From an uncultured Gemmatimonadaceae bacterium (GTDB lineage: Bacteria > Gemmatimonadota > Gemmatimonadetes > Gemmatimonadales > Gemmatimonadaceae): DNA of 64,000 bases. Shown in pieces: positions 21,851-32,037 of the stretch (positions are counted from its first letter, which is position 1; the number at the start of each line of letters is the position of its first letter). The stretch lies in assembly GCA_963829055.1 (NCBI GenBank), contig CAWHHI010000003.1, positions 320,001 through 384,000 of the forward strand, read 5' to 3'. Made by a program: the position numbers and the translations under genes. Below the pieces are notes generated by a model that saw only the letters and a program-made list of their open reading frames with translations, was not told the origin of the DNA and did no database searches.

Positions 21851-24424
21851 ATGGGCTCGACTCTGTTGCACGACCTGCGCTATGGTGCTCGCGCACTTCG
21901 CGGCGCTGCCGGCTTCACGCTGGTGGCCGTTTCCACGCTGGCACTCGGCATCGGGGCCAACACGGCAATGTTTGGTGTCGTGGATGCGCTGCTCTTCAAG
22001 CCGCCGGCGGAAGTCGTGAGTCCGCGCGACGTCATGAAGGTTCGTGTCGCGGTGCCGCCCCGTGGCGGCGAAGGAAGTCCCGTGCTGTCGTCGGTGCTCT
22101 CCTATCCCGATTTCGTCGACCTGCGAACGCATGCGCGCGGCTTCACGTCGATTGCCGCCTACGCCCGCAACTCGCTGAGCATCGGCGAAGGGACCGAAGC
22201 CAAGCAGCAGCAATCGTTGCTCGTGACAGGGACGTACTTCCCGCTGCTCGGCGTTCGGCCGGCCATCGGCCGGTTGATCGGGCCGACCGATGACCTGGAG
22301 AACGCCGCGGTCCCGGTGGCTGTACTGAGCTGGGACTTCTGGCAGCGCTCGTACTCCGCGGACGCGGCGGTGATCGGCCGGGCGATCCGGATCAACGGGC
22401 GGCCGTTCACCATCATCGGCGTGGCGCCCGAGCATTTCGGCGGCACCGACCTCGACGCGCCGGCGCTCTGGGTGCCCATGGGAACCTCGACCACTCTGGG
22501 CTATGACGCGCGGATGATGCGCTCGCGATTCGCGTCGTGGCTGTCGATCGTTGGCCGACTCGCGCCGGGCACGTCGTTGGAGCAGGCGCAGGCGTCCGCT
22601 CAGGCGGCGCTGCTCGCGGCGCGCGATGCCGGCGAGGCTCCGACGCCCGGTGACGGTCCGCTGGGTGCCGCGCCCGGCGGCGGCGAGGTCCGCGTCGAGA
22701 TCGGCGGACCTGGCCCGGGCGGGCCGGGCAACGGCCCGCGAGCGGCGCCGCCGCCGAGGCAGGTGCGCCTAACGCCGCTCGGTGGGAGCGGCACGTCGGC
22801 ACTGCCGTCGCCGTTCGGCGGGACGCAGCCGGTTCCAGTGTCGCTGTGGTTCCTGGCCGTGACGGGTGCCGTGCTGCTCATCGCGTGCGCGAACGTCGCG
22901 AACCTGTTGCTCGCACGAGCGGCACGGCGCGAGCACGAGATCGCGGTACGGCTCTCGCTGGGCGCGCCGGCCTGGCGCCTAACGCGCCAGCTCATGATCG
23001 AGAGCCTGCTGCTGGCGGCGCTCGGGGGCGCTGGCGGACTGGTGCTCGCGTTCGCCGGCGTGGCGGTGTTGCCGAGTGTGGTGGAGATGCCGCCGATGCC
23101 ACCGTTTCTCGACGCGCGCGTGCTGGGGTTCACGGCTGCGCTGACGCTCGTGACGACGCTCGCGTTCGGGCTCATCCCGGCGATCCGGCTGGCGCGCACG
23201 GATCTGCAGCGCGTGCTGTCGTCGACGGGACGCTCGCGGTCTGGCCGGTCGTTCGGCAAGAACGTTCTGGTCGTCGCGCAACTCGCGGCGTCACTGGTGC
23301 TCGTCATCGGCGCCGGGCTGTTCATCCGGAGCCTGCGGAACGTTCGCGCCGTGAACACGGGATTCGCGGCGGAGCAGGTCGCGTTCGCGTCTGTCGAGGG
23401 TGGCCAGCGGATGACGCGCGAACAGTCGGCGGAATTCTGGCAGCGGGCGGTGGAGCGGGTCCGCGCGCTCCCGGGCGTCCGCAGCGCCTCGCTGGGCGCG
23501 GTGATTCCGTTCGAGATGAACATCATGATGCCCGTCGACGTGCCGGGGTACCAGTCGTCCGACGGCCGCCCGACGCCGGCGCAGATCGACTTCGCGGGGA
23601 CGGACTACTTCTCGACGTTAGGCATCCCCATCCGGCAGGGACGCGCGTTCACGGCCGAGGACCGCGAGGGCGGTGCGCCGGTGGTGATCATCAACGAGAC
23701 GCTGGCACGGCGGGCGTGGGGCGGCGCGTCGCCGATTGGCCGGTGCCTGCGTATCGGCGGCGGTGGCGACGGGCCATGCATGGAGGTGGTCGGCGTGGCG
23801 GCGGATGCGCGGTATGCGGACGTGACGCAGCCGTCACCGCCGTTCGTCTACCGCGCGCTGGCGCAGCGGCCGCGCATGGCGCCGCCGATGACGATCATGC
23901 ACTTCCGCTCGAGCGGCGATCCAGCGGCGGTCGCGGGAGTCGTCAGGCGCGAGCTCCAGGCGCTGGCGCCGAGCGTCCCGTTCGTGCGTGTGGTGCCGAT
24001 GATGGACCTCATCGCGCCGCAGCTCGCGCCGTGGCGGACGGGGACGCTCATGTTCTCCCTGTTCGGCGTGCTCGGGCTCGCGCTGGCGGCCATCGGATTG
24101 TACGGCGTGATCTCGTTCCTCGTCGCTCAGCGTACGCGGGAGATGGGTGTGCGGATAGCGCTCGGGGCGCGCCGCGCCGACGTACTCACGCTCGTGCTGG
24201 CACAAGGCGGGCGGCTGATCGTGACGGGCATTGTGATCGGCGCCGCGGTCGCGATGGCGTCGACGCGGTTATTCGGCTCGATGATGTACGGGGTGAGCGC
24301 GGTGGATCCGGTCGTCTACATCGGGACGGCGGCGTTGTTAGGCGTGGTGGGGTTCGTGGCGCTCATCGTCCCGGCGCGACGGGCCACGAGAGTCGATCCA
24401 CTGGTGGCGCTTCGGGCGGAATAG
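21851..24424 (+). CDS. ADOP-family duplicated permease (intact)
   Basis: [74 protein letters not shown]. Confidence 0.93.
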   Translation: MGSTLLHDLRYGARALRGAAGFTLVAVSTLALGIGANTAMFGVVDALLFKPPAEVVSPRDVMKVRVAVPPRGGEGSPVLSSVLSYPDFVDLRTHARGFTSIAAYARNSLSIGEGTEAKQQQSLLVTGTYFPLLGVRPAIGRLIGPTDDLENAAVPVAVLSWDFWQRSYSADAAVIGRAIRINGRPFTIIGVAPEHFGGTDLDAPALWVPMGTSTTLGYDARMMRSRFASWLSIVGRLAPGTSLEQAQASAQAALLAARDAGEAPTPGDGPLGAAPGGGEVRVEIGGPGPGGPGNGPRAAPPPRQVRLTPLGGSGTSALPSPFGGTQPVPVSLWFLAVTGAVLLIACANVANLLLARAARREHEIAVRLSLGAPAWRLTRQLMIESLLLAALGGAGGLVLAFAGVAVLPSVVEMPPMPPFLDARVLGFTAALTLVTTLAFGLIPAIRLARTDLQRVLSSTGRSRSGRSFGKNVLVVAQLAASLVLVIGAGLFIRSLRNVRAVNTGFAAEQVAFASVEGGQRMTREQSAEFWQRAVERVRALPGVRSASLGAVIPFEMNIMMPVDVPGYQSSDGRPTPAQIDFAGTDYFSTLGIPIRQGRAFTAEDREGGAPVVIINETLARRAWGGASPIGRCLRIGGGGDGPCMEVVGVAADARYADVTQPSPPFVYRALAQRPRMAPPMTIMHFRSSGDPAAVAGVVRRELQALAPSVPFVRVVPMMDLIAPQLAPWRTGTLMFSLFGVLGLALAAIGLYGVISFLVAQRTREMGVRIALGARRADVLTLVLAQGGRLIVTGIVIGAAVAMASTRLFGSMMYGVSAVDPVVYIGTAALLGVVGFVALIVPARRATRVDPLVALRAE

Positions 24425-24503
24425 GAGGGCGGCCTGAGGAAGGAGGCGGAAGGCGGAGCGAAGGCGGATGGCGGAGGGCGGAGCGGCAGCGAGCGGAGCG
24501 CCA

Positions 24504-24629
24504 TGTCATCCCGAGCGCGGGAGCCCGCGCAGCGGGCAGATGAGGGATCTTCTCGATCGTTCTCGTGGCCTGGCCAGCTACAATGACCTCACAGGAGGTC
24601 CCTCGTCGCTAGCGCTCCTCGGGATGACA
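24504..24629. repeat. REP-like palindromic element
   Basis: TGTCATCCCGAGC..GAGGGATCT ... GGTCCCTCG..CTCGGGATGACA between convergent genes. Confidence 0.85.
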
Positions 24630-24714
24630 ACGCCCGTATCCGGTGGTTTCCGCGTCATCCGCGTCATCGCTGTTCCCACAGGCCACGGCGTGATGGATCC
24701 GCGCAATCGGGGCA

Positions 24715-25663
24715 TCAGAATTTCACGGAGAACGACACATACGGGATCCCGGGAAACACCATGTCATTCCCCGGCGCGTTCCAGAACGCGAGGTCTGTCG
24801 ACAGCTTCTCGCCGAAGAAGCGCAGGCCGTATGAGATGAGGACGTTCGCGTCCTGGTTCGGGATCACGTAGTTCTCCGTGACGAACGAGACGCGACGACC
24901 CAGCCGTTTCTCGGCGCCGAGCATCGCGACCGGGTAGTCCGCGAACTGGCCGGCGGCGTACGCGAGCCCGGTTCCGAACGAGACGCTGGCGTCAGTCGAT
25001 GCCGGCCGTGCCGACTGCGTAGACGATACCGAAGGTCGCGTTGACGTCGTCGTCGACGAGACCACCGACGATGCCCGCGAGTCCGCCGACCGCTACGTTG
25101 AGCTTGGGTGAGGCGTAGACGCCGAACTTCGGCATGACGAACAGCGCGTTGTCGGAGAAGTCGTCCAGTGGCAGCACCGAGATGCCGCCGCCGAGCGAGA
25201 AGCGCGGACTGATCCCGCCGTGGGCGCTCATGAGGAAGAGGTACGTGTCGTTGAAATAGCCTTCCCCTTTTTCGAGCATGCGACCAGTCGGCGCGAACAG
25301 GAGCCGAGTCGCGTTAGGGTTCGCGGGCCAGACCTCGCCGCTTCGGAGCGACGATGCCGCGACCTCGCGCAGCTCGATGATGTCCGCGCGGGCGAGGGAG
25401 AGTGAGCCCGCCTTGCCGACGAATCGCACCGTGTCCTCGGCGACCTCCGTCACTCGCCCCACGATGGACGATCCGTCGCGAAGCCGAATGATCTGAATCT
25501 GTGTGGGATCCGCCACGCGGATGGCGACCGGTCTGGATACCGGCGCGGGCTGCTGCGCGAGCACGATTCCGGTCGTGGCGACCACCGCCCCCAGCTCGGC
25601 CAGCAGAACGGTCGCGATGCGGATGATCGATCGGGCAATGGCTTCGCGGTGCGTGCGGCGCAT
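24715..25663 (-). CDS. Hypothetical exported / outer-membrane protein (frameshift near 25000)
   Basis: Signal peptide, IRLRDGSSIVGRV, NATRLLFAPTGRMLEKGEGY, C-terminal PYVSFSVKF. Confidence 0.7.
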
Positions 25664-25870
25664 AGTGGCCTCCGATTTCAGGACTGAGGGAAGGCGCGAC
25701 TCGCGAGCCGTTCCGTGCACGATCATACCGCCGTGCCCGACGCGGTCGCATGAGCGCCGGTACGTAGCACGAACGCGGAATTGACGTAGAAAAAGGCTCA
25801 GAAAAGGCTCATGGAGGGCTCAATCAGTCTGCCTCTTGAGGCAACGCCGTCCGGCCGGTAGGCTCCGCGC

Positions 25871-26700
25871 ATGACCGCTCGAGCAAAGCCGCGGCGACGT
25901 GAGTGGACACCGCCTGTCGCGTCGTCCTACGCCGAGTACGCCCCGTCGGACGTGTTGCGACCGTTCGTGGAATGCTTCTGGACGCGTGAGGCGGAGAGGA
26001 CACAAACGGTTGCGTCGCAGCCCGGCGTGCAACGCGTGCTGCCCGACGGATGCATGGACGTCATCCTGTCGTTCCCGGAGTGGGACGCGGCACCGGAGTC
26101 CGCGATGGCGGTCGGGACGATGACGAGGGCGCTCGTGCTCGACGCGAGCGTGGCGCCTCAATGTTACGTCGGCGTTCGGTTTCGTCCGGCCAGGGCGGCT
26201 GCTTTTCTGAGCTTGCCCGCGAGCGAGATCACGGACCTCCGTGTGTCGCTCGATGAGCTGTGGCCGGATGCGGCGGAGGTTGGCGAGGCACTCGCCGACG
26301 GGCTCGAGTGTTCGCGAACGAGTGAGGGCGTTCGACCGTGTACTGACGACGCGGCTATCTCCGAGCGCGGTGGCGGACAATCAGCGGGATGTGGACGAGG
26401 CGGTCCGACGGATCGTCGCGGCGGGCGGAAGCTTGGGGCTCACGCGGCTGGCTCCGTCGTTAGGCGTCAGCCGGCAGCATCTGGCGCGGCGGTTCGCGCA
26501 GCTGGTCGGCGTCTCGCCCAAGGTGTTCGCGCGCGTCGTGCGGTTGGGGCGAGTCGTCGAGCGCGTCCGCGCGGCGGCGCCGGGTGAGCACATCCGCTGG
26601 AGCATGTTGGCGCTCGAGCTCGGGTATTACGATCAGTCGCATCTCATCGATGAGTTTCGTGGAGATGACGGGGGTCACGCCGGGAGCGTGGGTGAGGTGA
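25871..26700 (+). CDS. AraC-family regulator with DUF6597-like N-terminus (frameshifted)
   Basis: LRPFVECFW, RVLPDGCMD, VGVRFRP; LARRFAQLVGVSPK, LGYYDQSHLIDEF. Confidence 0.88.
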
Positions 26701-26877
26701 GAGGTCGGGATGGGGACTGGGGAGACTGGGGACTGGGGACTGAACGACAACCGGCGGATTCCATTTTTCCAAGACCTTCGGGGCGCATCGTTCTAGCTTC
26801 ATCCTGGCTTCATCGCGAACACAAGCGGGCGCCGCACGAGCGGCCGGACATCACGAGACGAGGAGCGACGGACGACA

Positions 26878-27279
26878 ATGCCTACAATGCAACAGAGTGC
26901 TATGAAGAAGCTGACCCCGGTGATCATGGTCGAGGCCATCGAACCGTGCCTGCCGTTCTGGGATCGGCTGGGGTTCACGAAGACCGCGGAAGTTCCGGAC
27001 GGCGACCGGTTGGGGTTCGTCATTCTCGCGAAGGACAGTGTCGAGGTGATGTATCAGACGCACGAGAGCGTCGAGAAGGACGCGCCGGGGCTCGTGCCTC
27101 GCGCGCATGGTCACGGCGCCGCGCTCTTCATTGAAGTGAGCGACGTCGCGAGCGTCGAGCGCGCGCTGGAAGGAGTCGAGGTGGTGGTGCCGCGCCGAAA
27201 GACGTTCTACGGGATGGACGAGATCGGCGTCCGTGAGCCGGGCGGACATATCGTCATGTTTGCTCAACCGGTCGGCTGA
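26878..27279 (+). CDS. VOC/glyoxalase-family protein
   Basis: KLTPVIMVEAIE..FWDRLGF; LFIEVSDV; TFYGMDEIGVREPGG. Confidence 0.85.
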   Translation: MPTMQQSAMKKLTPVIMVEAIEPCLPFWDRLGFTKTAEVPDGDRLGFVILAKDSVEVMYQTHESVEKDAPGLVPRAHGHGAALFIEVSDVASVERALEGVEVVVPRRKTFYGMDEIGVREPGGHIVMFAQPVG

Positions 27280-27287
27280 GATCCGGG

Positions 27288-27421
27288 TGTCATTCCGAGC
27301 GGAGCCGCGAAGCGGCGCGGGTGCCCTCTGGGCGCATCGAGGAATCCTTGCTCTCCCGGCAGAGAGCCCTCTACCGCGCAGGCCGAGGATTCCTCGACTC
27401 GCTTCGCTCGCTCGGAATGAC
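27288..27421. repeat. REP-like palindromic element (TTCC variant)
   Basis: TGTCATTCCGAGC..TCGAGGAATCCT ... AGGATTCCTCGA..GCTCGGAATGAC; similar to 58479-58608. Confidence 0.85.
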
Positions 27422-27429
27422 GAGAGGGG

Positions 27430-27957
27430 CTAGTCGGTTCGCTTGATGCGCTGGGCCGGCGCGCGGAGGAGTGACACCGCGCCGGCCCCATCCCGGACGC
27501 CGACAATGACATCCACGTCGATGCCTGGTCCCCATTTCGGGCCGTCGCGCGCGACCACGTCGAACTCCTTGGCGCCCGGCGTGCGCTGTTGTTCCTCACG
27601 CGGGACCGAGGTCCAGACGTTGTCGCCGTTGACCACCCAGAGGCCCACCACACGCGTACTCGACGGGACGCTCGCGCCATCCACGGAGCGGATGCGTACG
27701 ATACCGACGAGCGGCTTGCCGTTAGGCGGCGAGATCGGCTGAAAGTCTCGCCAGAGGTCTGCGTCGAGCGACAACGCCGTCCCGCCCACCACCACAGTCG
27801 TTGGCGCCACGCGCAGCTCGGCGGGATCTCGCGGCGCGACGGTCGACTCCGGCGTACACGCCACCGCCAGCATCACCACAGCGGTCAGCGCGCGATACCG
27901 CCATGACCACCCTGGTGCGCACCAGGGTGCGCACCCTTTCGTGTCGGCGAACGTCAT
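27430..27957 (-). CDS. Hypothetical lipoprotein
   Basis: Lipobox-like LAVAC; DLWRDFQPISPPNGKPL, ARDGPKWGPG. Confidence 0.7.
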   Translation of the reverse strand: MTFADTKGCAPWCAPGWSWRYRALTAVVMLAVACTPESTVAPRDPAELRVAPTTVVVGGTALSLDADLWRDFQPISPPNGKPLVGIVRIRSVDGASVPSSTRVVGLWVVNGDNVWTSVPREEQQRTPGAKEFDVVARDGPKWGPGIDVDVIVGVRDGAGAVSLLRAPAQRIKRTD

Positions 27958-28035
27958 CCTATCCTTGGTCTGAGACGGCACGCCGGACGAACGGTCCGGC
28001 CCAATGGATCGGCCCCTTCCAGCACAGCCAAACCC

Positions 28036-28311
28036 ATGTCCACCGACGGGCGTCACGCACCGAACAGTTCAAGGTCAGCGGCGCCAACCTCAAGGCGAAG
28101 CTGAAAGAGATCATCCGCCAGGGCAACGTTAGGCGCGTGGTGATCAAGAACGGCCAGGGTCGGACGGTGCTGGACATCCCGCTCGCCGCCGGGCATCGTG
28201 GGCGCCGCGCTGCTTCCGTTCTGGGCCGCCGTCGGCGGCATCGCCGCGCTCGCCTCGGACTTCAGCATCGAGGTCGAGCGAAACGAGCCGACCGGCATCA
28301 CGAAGAAGTAG
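28036..28311 (+). CDS. DUF4342-domain protein (frameshifted)
   Basis: EQFKVSGANLKAKLKEIIRQGNVRRVVIKN..LDIPL..GIVGAALLPFWAAVGGIAAL..IEVER. Confidence 0.8.
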
Positions 28312-28337
28312 CGCGAGCGCCGCACTGGCCGGCGCTG

Positions 28338-29171
28338 CTACCGGCCGCCGTTCAGCTCCTCGACGCGGCGCGCCAGATCGCCAAACGTGCGCAGCCGCTC
28401 GAGGTCGGTCGGGTCGAACTCGATGCGGAAGCGCTCCTCGATCGCCATCACGAGCACGACGAGATCGAGCGAGTTGACACCGAGGTCGCGAAGGGACGAC
28501 GCCTCGAGGATCGTATCGTCCGATACGCCGAGCGACTTCGCGACGAGCCGACGCACCTCGGCGATCGGAATCGGGGGTCTCGGTCGCGGTCGGATTCGCG
28601 TAACTGCGCCGCGCGGTACGAGGGGTCGAGCAGCGCTCGCGGGTTGTCGCGGTAGCGCATCGCGGCCTCGTACACGCGCTGATCGACTTCGGTGAACCGA
28701 CGCATCGTCTCGGCCACGAGCGCCGCGCCCTTCTCCGCCGCGTAACGATCGAGGCGGTCCTTCACCCAGCTGATGTGGCCGACTTCGTCCTCGATCATCC
28801 GCTGGAGCGTCTCGATCACCGCGGGATGCATGTTCGGCCACTTGAGGTGCGCGCGGAAGTGGCGGATGACGCGTCGCTCGAACACCTGCGTGAGGGTGAG
28901 GATCTCGAGGAGGCTCGTCGGCGTGCCGATCTCGGCGTAGTAGCGCGTCTGATACGTCTCGGCGACGCGACTTCGGCGTGCCGCCGACTTTCAGAATCGT
29001 CTGCGTCCACAGCCACGCGTGGTTCGCCTCTTCCGCGCAGTGCTCGGTGAGATGCACGCGCAGATCGTCGTCGTCGGTCTCGCGCGCGAGGCGACCCATG
29101 ACGAGCCCTCCCGCGAGCTCCGACTCGCGGTAGTAGCTCAGGATCCAGAGGTCGTTTTCGCTAATTTCCAC
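28338..29171 (-). CDS. Ferritin-like diiron protein probably fused to a C-terminal acyl carrier protein
   Basis: YYRESELAG, AEEANH, VFERRV, EDEVGH diiron-type motifs; C-terminal LRDLGVNSLDLVVLVMAIEERFRIEF ACP. N- and C-termini share one frame (two compensating indels). AAGGAG precedes GTG. Confidence 0.8.
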   Translation of the reverse strand: MEISENDLWILSYYRESELAGGLVMGRLARETDDDDLRVHLTEHCAEEANHAWLWTQTILKVGGTPKSRRRDVSDALLRRDRHADEPPRDPHPHAGVRATRHPPLPRAPQVAEHASRGDRDAPADDRGRSRPHQLGEGPPRSLRGGEGRGARGRDDASVHRSRSARVRGRDALPRQPASAARPLVPRGAVTRIRPRPRPPIPIAEVRRLVAKSLGVSDDTILEASSLRDLGVNSLDLVVLVMAIEERFRIEFDPTDLERLRTFGDLARRVEELNGGR

Positions 29172-29896
29172 CGGGAATGGACTCCTTGAGATGTTCGGTC
29201 GGCGCGAGCCCGCAGACGAGGCGGATCTTCCGGTTCACCGCCATGATCGCCTCGAAGTCGTTCTCCTCGGCGACCGGGACCTGCGACGACGTCACTCCCA
29301 TAGTGGCGGAATCGCTCCGCCGCCGCGAGCACCTGCGCGGCGACGTCGGGGTCGGCGGTCGATCCGCTTCTTGAGCACGTCGCCCGCGCTCGCGCTGTGG
29401 CGGAACTCGTCGCGCGACATGTAGCCTAACAGGTCACGCAGCACCGGCTCGTTCGTGCGTCGCGACATGCGCAGGAAGAAGTACGCGGCGAAGAGCTCCG
29501 AGCACATGAAGTTCGTGAGATGCGCGATGAGCTCGTCTTCGACGTATTCGATGGCGAGGGCACGCCCCCGTGCGGCGACGAGTGTCGCTCGCTGAAACTT
29601 CCTCGCGCTGGAAGCCGACGCGGTCGAGGTAGCGCGTGAGGGCCGTGAAGTGCTTGAGCCCCTCGTACAGCTCCATGCTGAGCACAGCCGTCGCATCGAT
29701 GTCATCCCACAGCAGCTGCATGAGACGCGCGGCGTACACGGGCAGATAGCCCTCGATGAGCGCCGCGTCATGCAGCGCCTGATGCAGCTCGCGCTCGGAC
29801 GCCGCGACGCGCTGGTCGATCGCGTCCCACGCGATGGTGGTGTCGAGCGGCCACGCGTTCTCTTCGGTGGCGCGGAGATGAGACTTCGTAGATCAT
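29161..29896 (-). CDS. Ferritin-like diiron protein (frameshifted)
   Basis: Reconstructed IAWDAID, AALIEGYLP, ELYEGLKH, FMCSELFAA, SRDEFRH; ATGA overlap with the upstream gene. Confidence 0.8.
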
Positions 29897-30790
29897 TGCG
29901 CACGCTCGCTGGTGTCCGGCTGACGTCGTCGTTCGATCTTGCGAGCGACGACGAGCGTCTGCAACCCGACGTCGTCCTGCCGAGTGGTGGCCTCGTGAAA
30001 GCCCGCGATGCGAAGCCAGCGCACGAGCTCGTCGCCGGACGATAGTGCGTGTGGAGCTCCGCGAGCTGTCGCATCAGGTAGTCGGCGATGCGATCGGCCT
30101 GCATGCCGGACGTGACGAACGTACCGCCGTGCCGAAGACGGTCGTGACAGTTCCTGTAGAACTGCACGAGCAGACTCGTCAGCGAGGAATTCACCGAGCC
30201 CTGTGGAGACGATGACATCCAACTCTGACGGGAAACGCCTTCAGATCGAGGGCGTCGCCGTGGGTGAACACGAAGCGATCGTCTTCGCCCGCGAGCTGAC
30301 GCGACAGCTCGAGTGGCGCTGGATCGAGGTCCACACCGAAGAATGTGCTTCGCGCGTAGACCGCGGGGAGCTCATCCTCGATCCGCTTGGCGGCCACCAC
30401 GAGATCGCGCGCAATGCCGCACGGGACCGAGAGAACGCGGAACGGCGCGGTGTCCGGACCGCGCGGATCATTGGCCTTTCGCGTGTGCACCGCACGCGCG
30501 GCGGCGACGATCTCGTGCTGCGTGTGATGGAACCGGTTTCGCATGGAGCGCGCCCCACGCATTCGAAGCAGCATCGCGTCGAGCACGCGGCCGATGCCGA
30601 AGCGCCCACTCGCTTCGTTGCGATATACGTGATCAGCGAAGCGATAGCTGCCGGAGTTCTCGATCCCTTCGCGCGCGAGGTCGCTCGTGCGCATGAGCGC
30701 GTAGATCGGGAGCAGATGCAGCTTGCCCTCGCGCAGCAGCTTTCGCGGGATCGAGTCCGAGGTGCGCGTGCGGTTGTGCAGCGGCGTCAC
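29893..30790 (-). CDS. Class I SAM-dependent methyltransferase (frameshifted)
   Basis: RVLSVPCGIARD, FGVDLD, HGDALD, DVIVSTGLGEF, LRHGGTFVT; GTGA overlap with the upstream stop. Confidence 0.8.
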
Positions 30791-32037
30791 GCACGTCGCT
30801 CCGAGCCGACGCGCGGCGTCGCGCCAGCAGGCCGCGTGGCACGCTCGTCGACGCCATGTTGCGCGAGCACGGCCAGCACCCATCGCTCGAGGCCGAACGC
30901 GACGCATCCGCTGTGCGCTGGTCCGTCGGCCGCCAGCGAGATGTCGAATCGCGTGCCGAAGAAGTCGTGATGGTGGTTGAACGACGCGGCGGCAATAGCG
31001 CGGCCAGTCGCCGTCGACGGTGAGCAGCAGCTCGTACTTGAGCGCGCCCGCCTGCTGCATCAGCCGTCGGCCTTCGTCGCCGGCGGTGAAGAACGGGTCG
31101 GTCGCTGGCTCGATCCTGCCGTCGAGGTCGAGCGTCGTCGATGAGGTCGGACGACCTGCCTGACGAGCGACTGCCTAACGTCCTCCACTTGCTCGCGGCT
31201 GCCGAGCACGATGATCTCGCGCATGGTGAAGTCCCAGAGGCGCTCGAGCGGTACGTGGTTGCCGTCCTCGAAGCGGTAGCAGTCGGCCGCGTGCGGTGAG
31301 GATGGTCGGCGTCCGAGCCGACGGTTCTTCCCTGACCATTCGGGGTAGGCGTGATAGCAGACGGCTGGGGAGAGTGCGTGGCGGGATGCCGAGTCGATCG
31401 GGTCGATCATCCCGATGCCAGACAGCAGGTCCCTCGTTCGCACGATCGACGGGCTTCGCTCGGGATGACAGACGAGCGTTAGGTGCTGTGGGAACGATGC
31501 GACCTGTCCGGCGCGCTCGAGGACGCCCAGGTCGATCAGGCTCGGGTAGCGGTGCTCCGTGGCGCCGAGTGCGCGCGCCCATTCGAGCACGCGTGTGGTC
31601 GATCGGCGCGAGGACGTCGAGCGCGAGTCCCGACAGCGAGACCTGGCCAGCTGCCGTTACGACTACGTCGCCTCGCTCCCGCAGCACGCCAAGCGGCGAC
31701 GCGAATCGTGACCGGTCGCCTCGACGCTCGAACAGCCGATCGGGCGGCGCGGCTGACGCGGCCCGACGAAGCGTCCGGGTGAAACGCCAGCCACGATCGT
31801 TGCGATCGTGCGGAAGTTCGCGAGGCTGCACCGCGCGGTCGGGAATGCGCGCGCCCAGCGACTTCTCCACCGCGGCGATGAGGTCGAGGATGCGGAGCGA
31901 GTTCATGTAGCCGTCCTCGAACAGCCGCGTGTCGCGTCCGACGTTCGCGGCGCCGCCCAGCAACGTGACGTTGATGAAGTGTGCGAGCTGACGCTCGAGC
32001 TCCTCCGGCGTCGGGAGCTGGCTTGCGATGTCGTCAT
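30787..32037 (-). CDS. ACP fused to a SerRS-like amino acid:[carrier protein] ligase (class II aaRS homologue; frameshifted)
   Basis: N-terminal LFEDGYMNSLRILDLIAAVEKSLG (ACP); SFPQHL, LSPAVCYH, CYRFE..LERLWDFTMREI, ATDPFF, LKYEL, SFNHHHDFFG, HSGCVAFGLERW. Confidence 0.85.
31406..31470. repeat. Shortened REP-like element inside the ligase CDS
   Basis: Minus strand TGTCATCCCGAGCGAAGC..CGAGGGACC..CGGGATGA, read in frame as CHPERSPSIVRTRDLLSGIGM. Confidence 0.7.

Noticed and set aside
22846..24543. Long alternative-frame and antisense ORFs (e.g. 22846..24543, 6496..8562, 51491..52873, 52494..53834)
   Set aside because: Arg/Ala/Pro-rich shadow ORFs expected at high GC; they overlap well-supported genes and have no independent motifs beyond frameshifted pieces of those genes.
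30787..32037. Housekeeping seryl-tRNA synthetase (serS)
   Set aside because: No tRNA-binding arm is evident, an ACP takes its place, and the gene sits in a biosynthetic operon.
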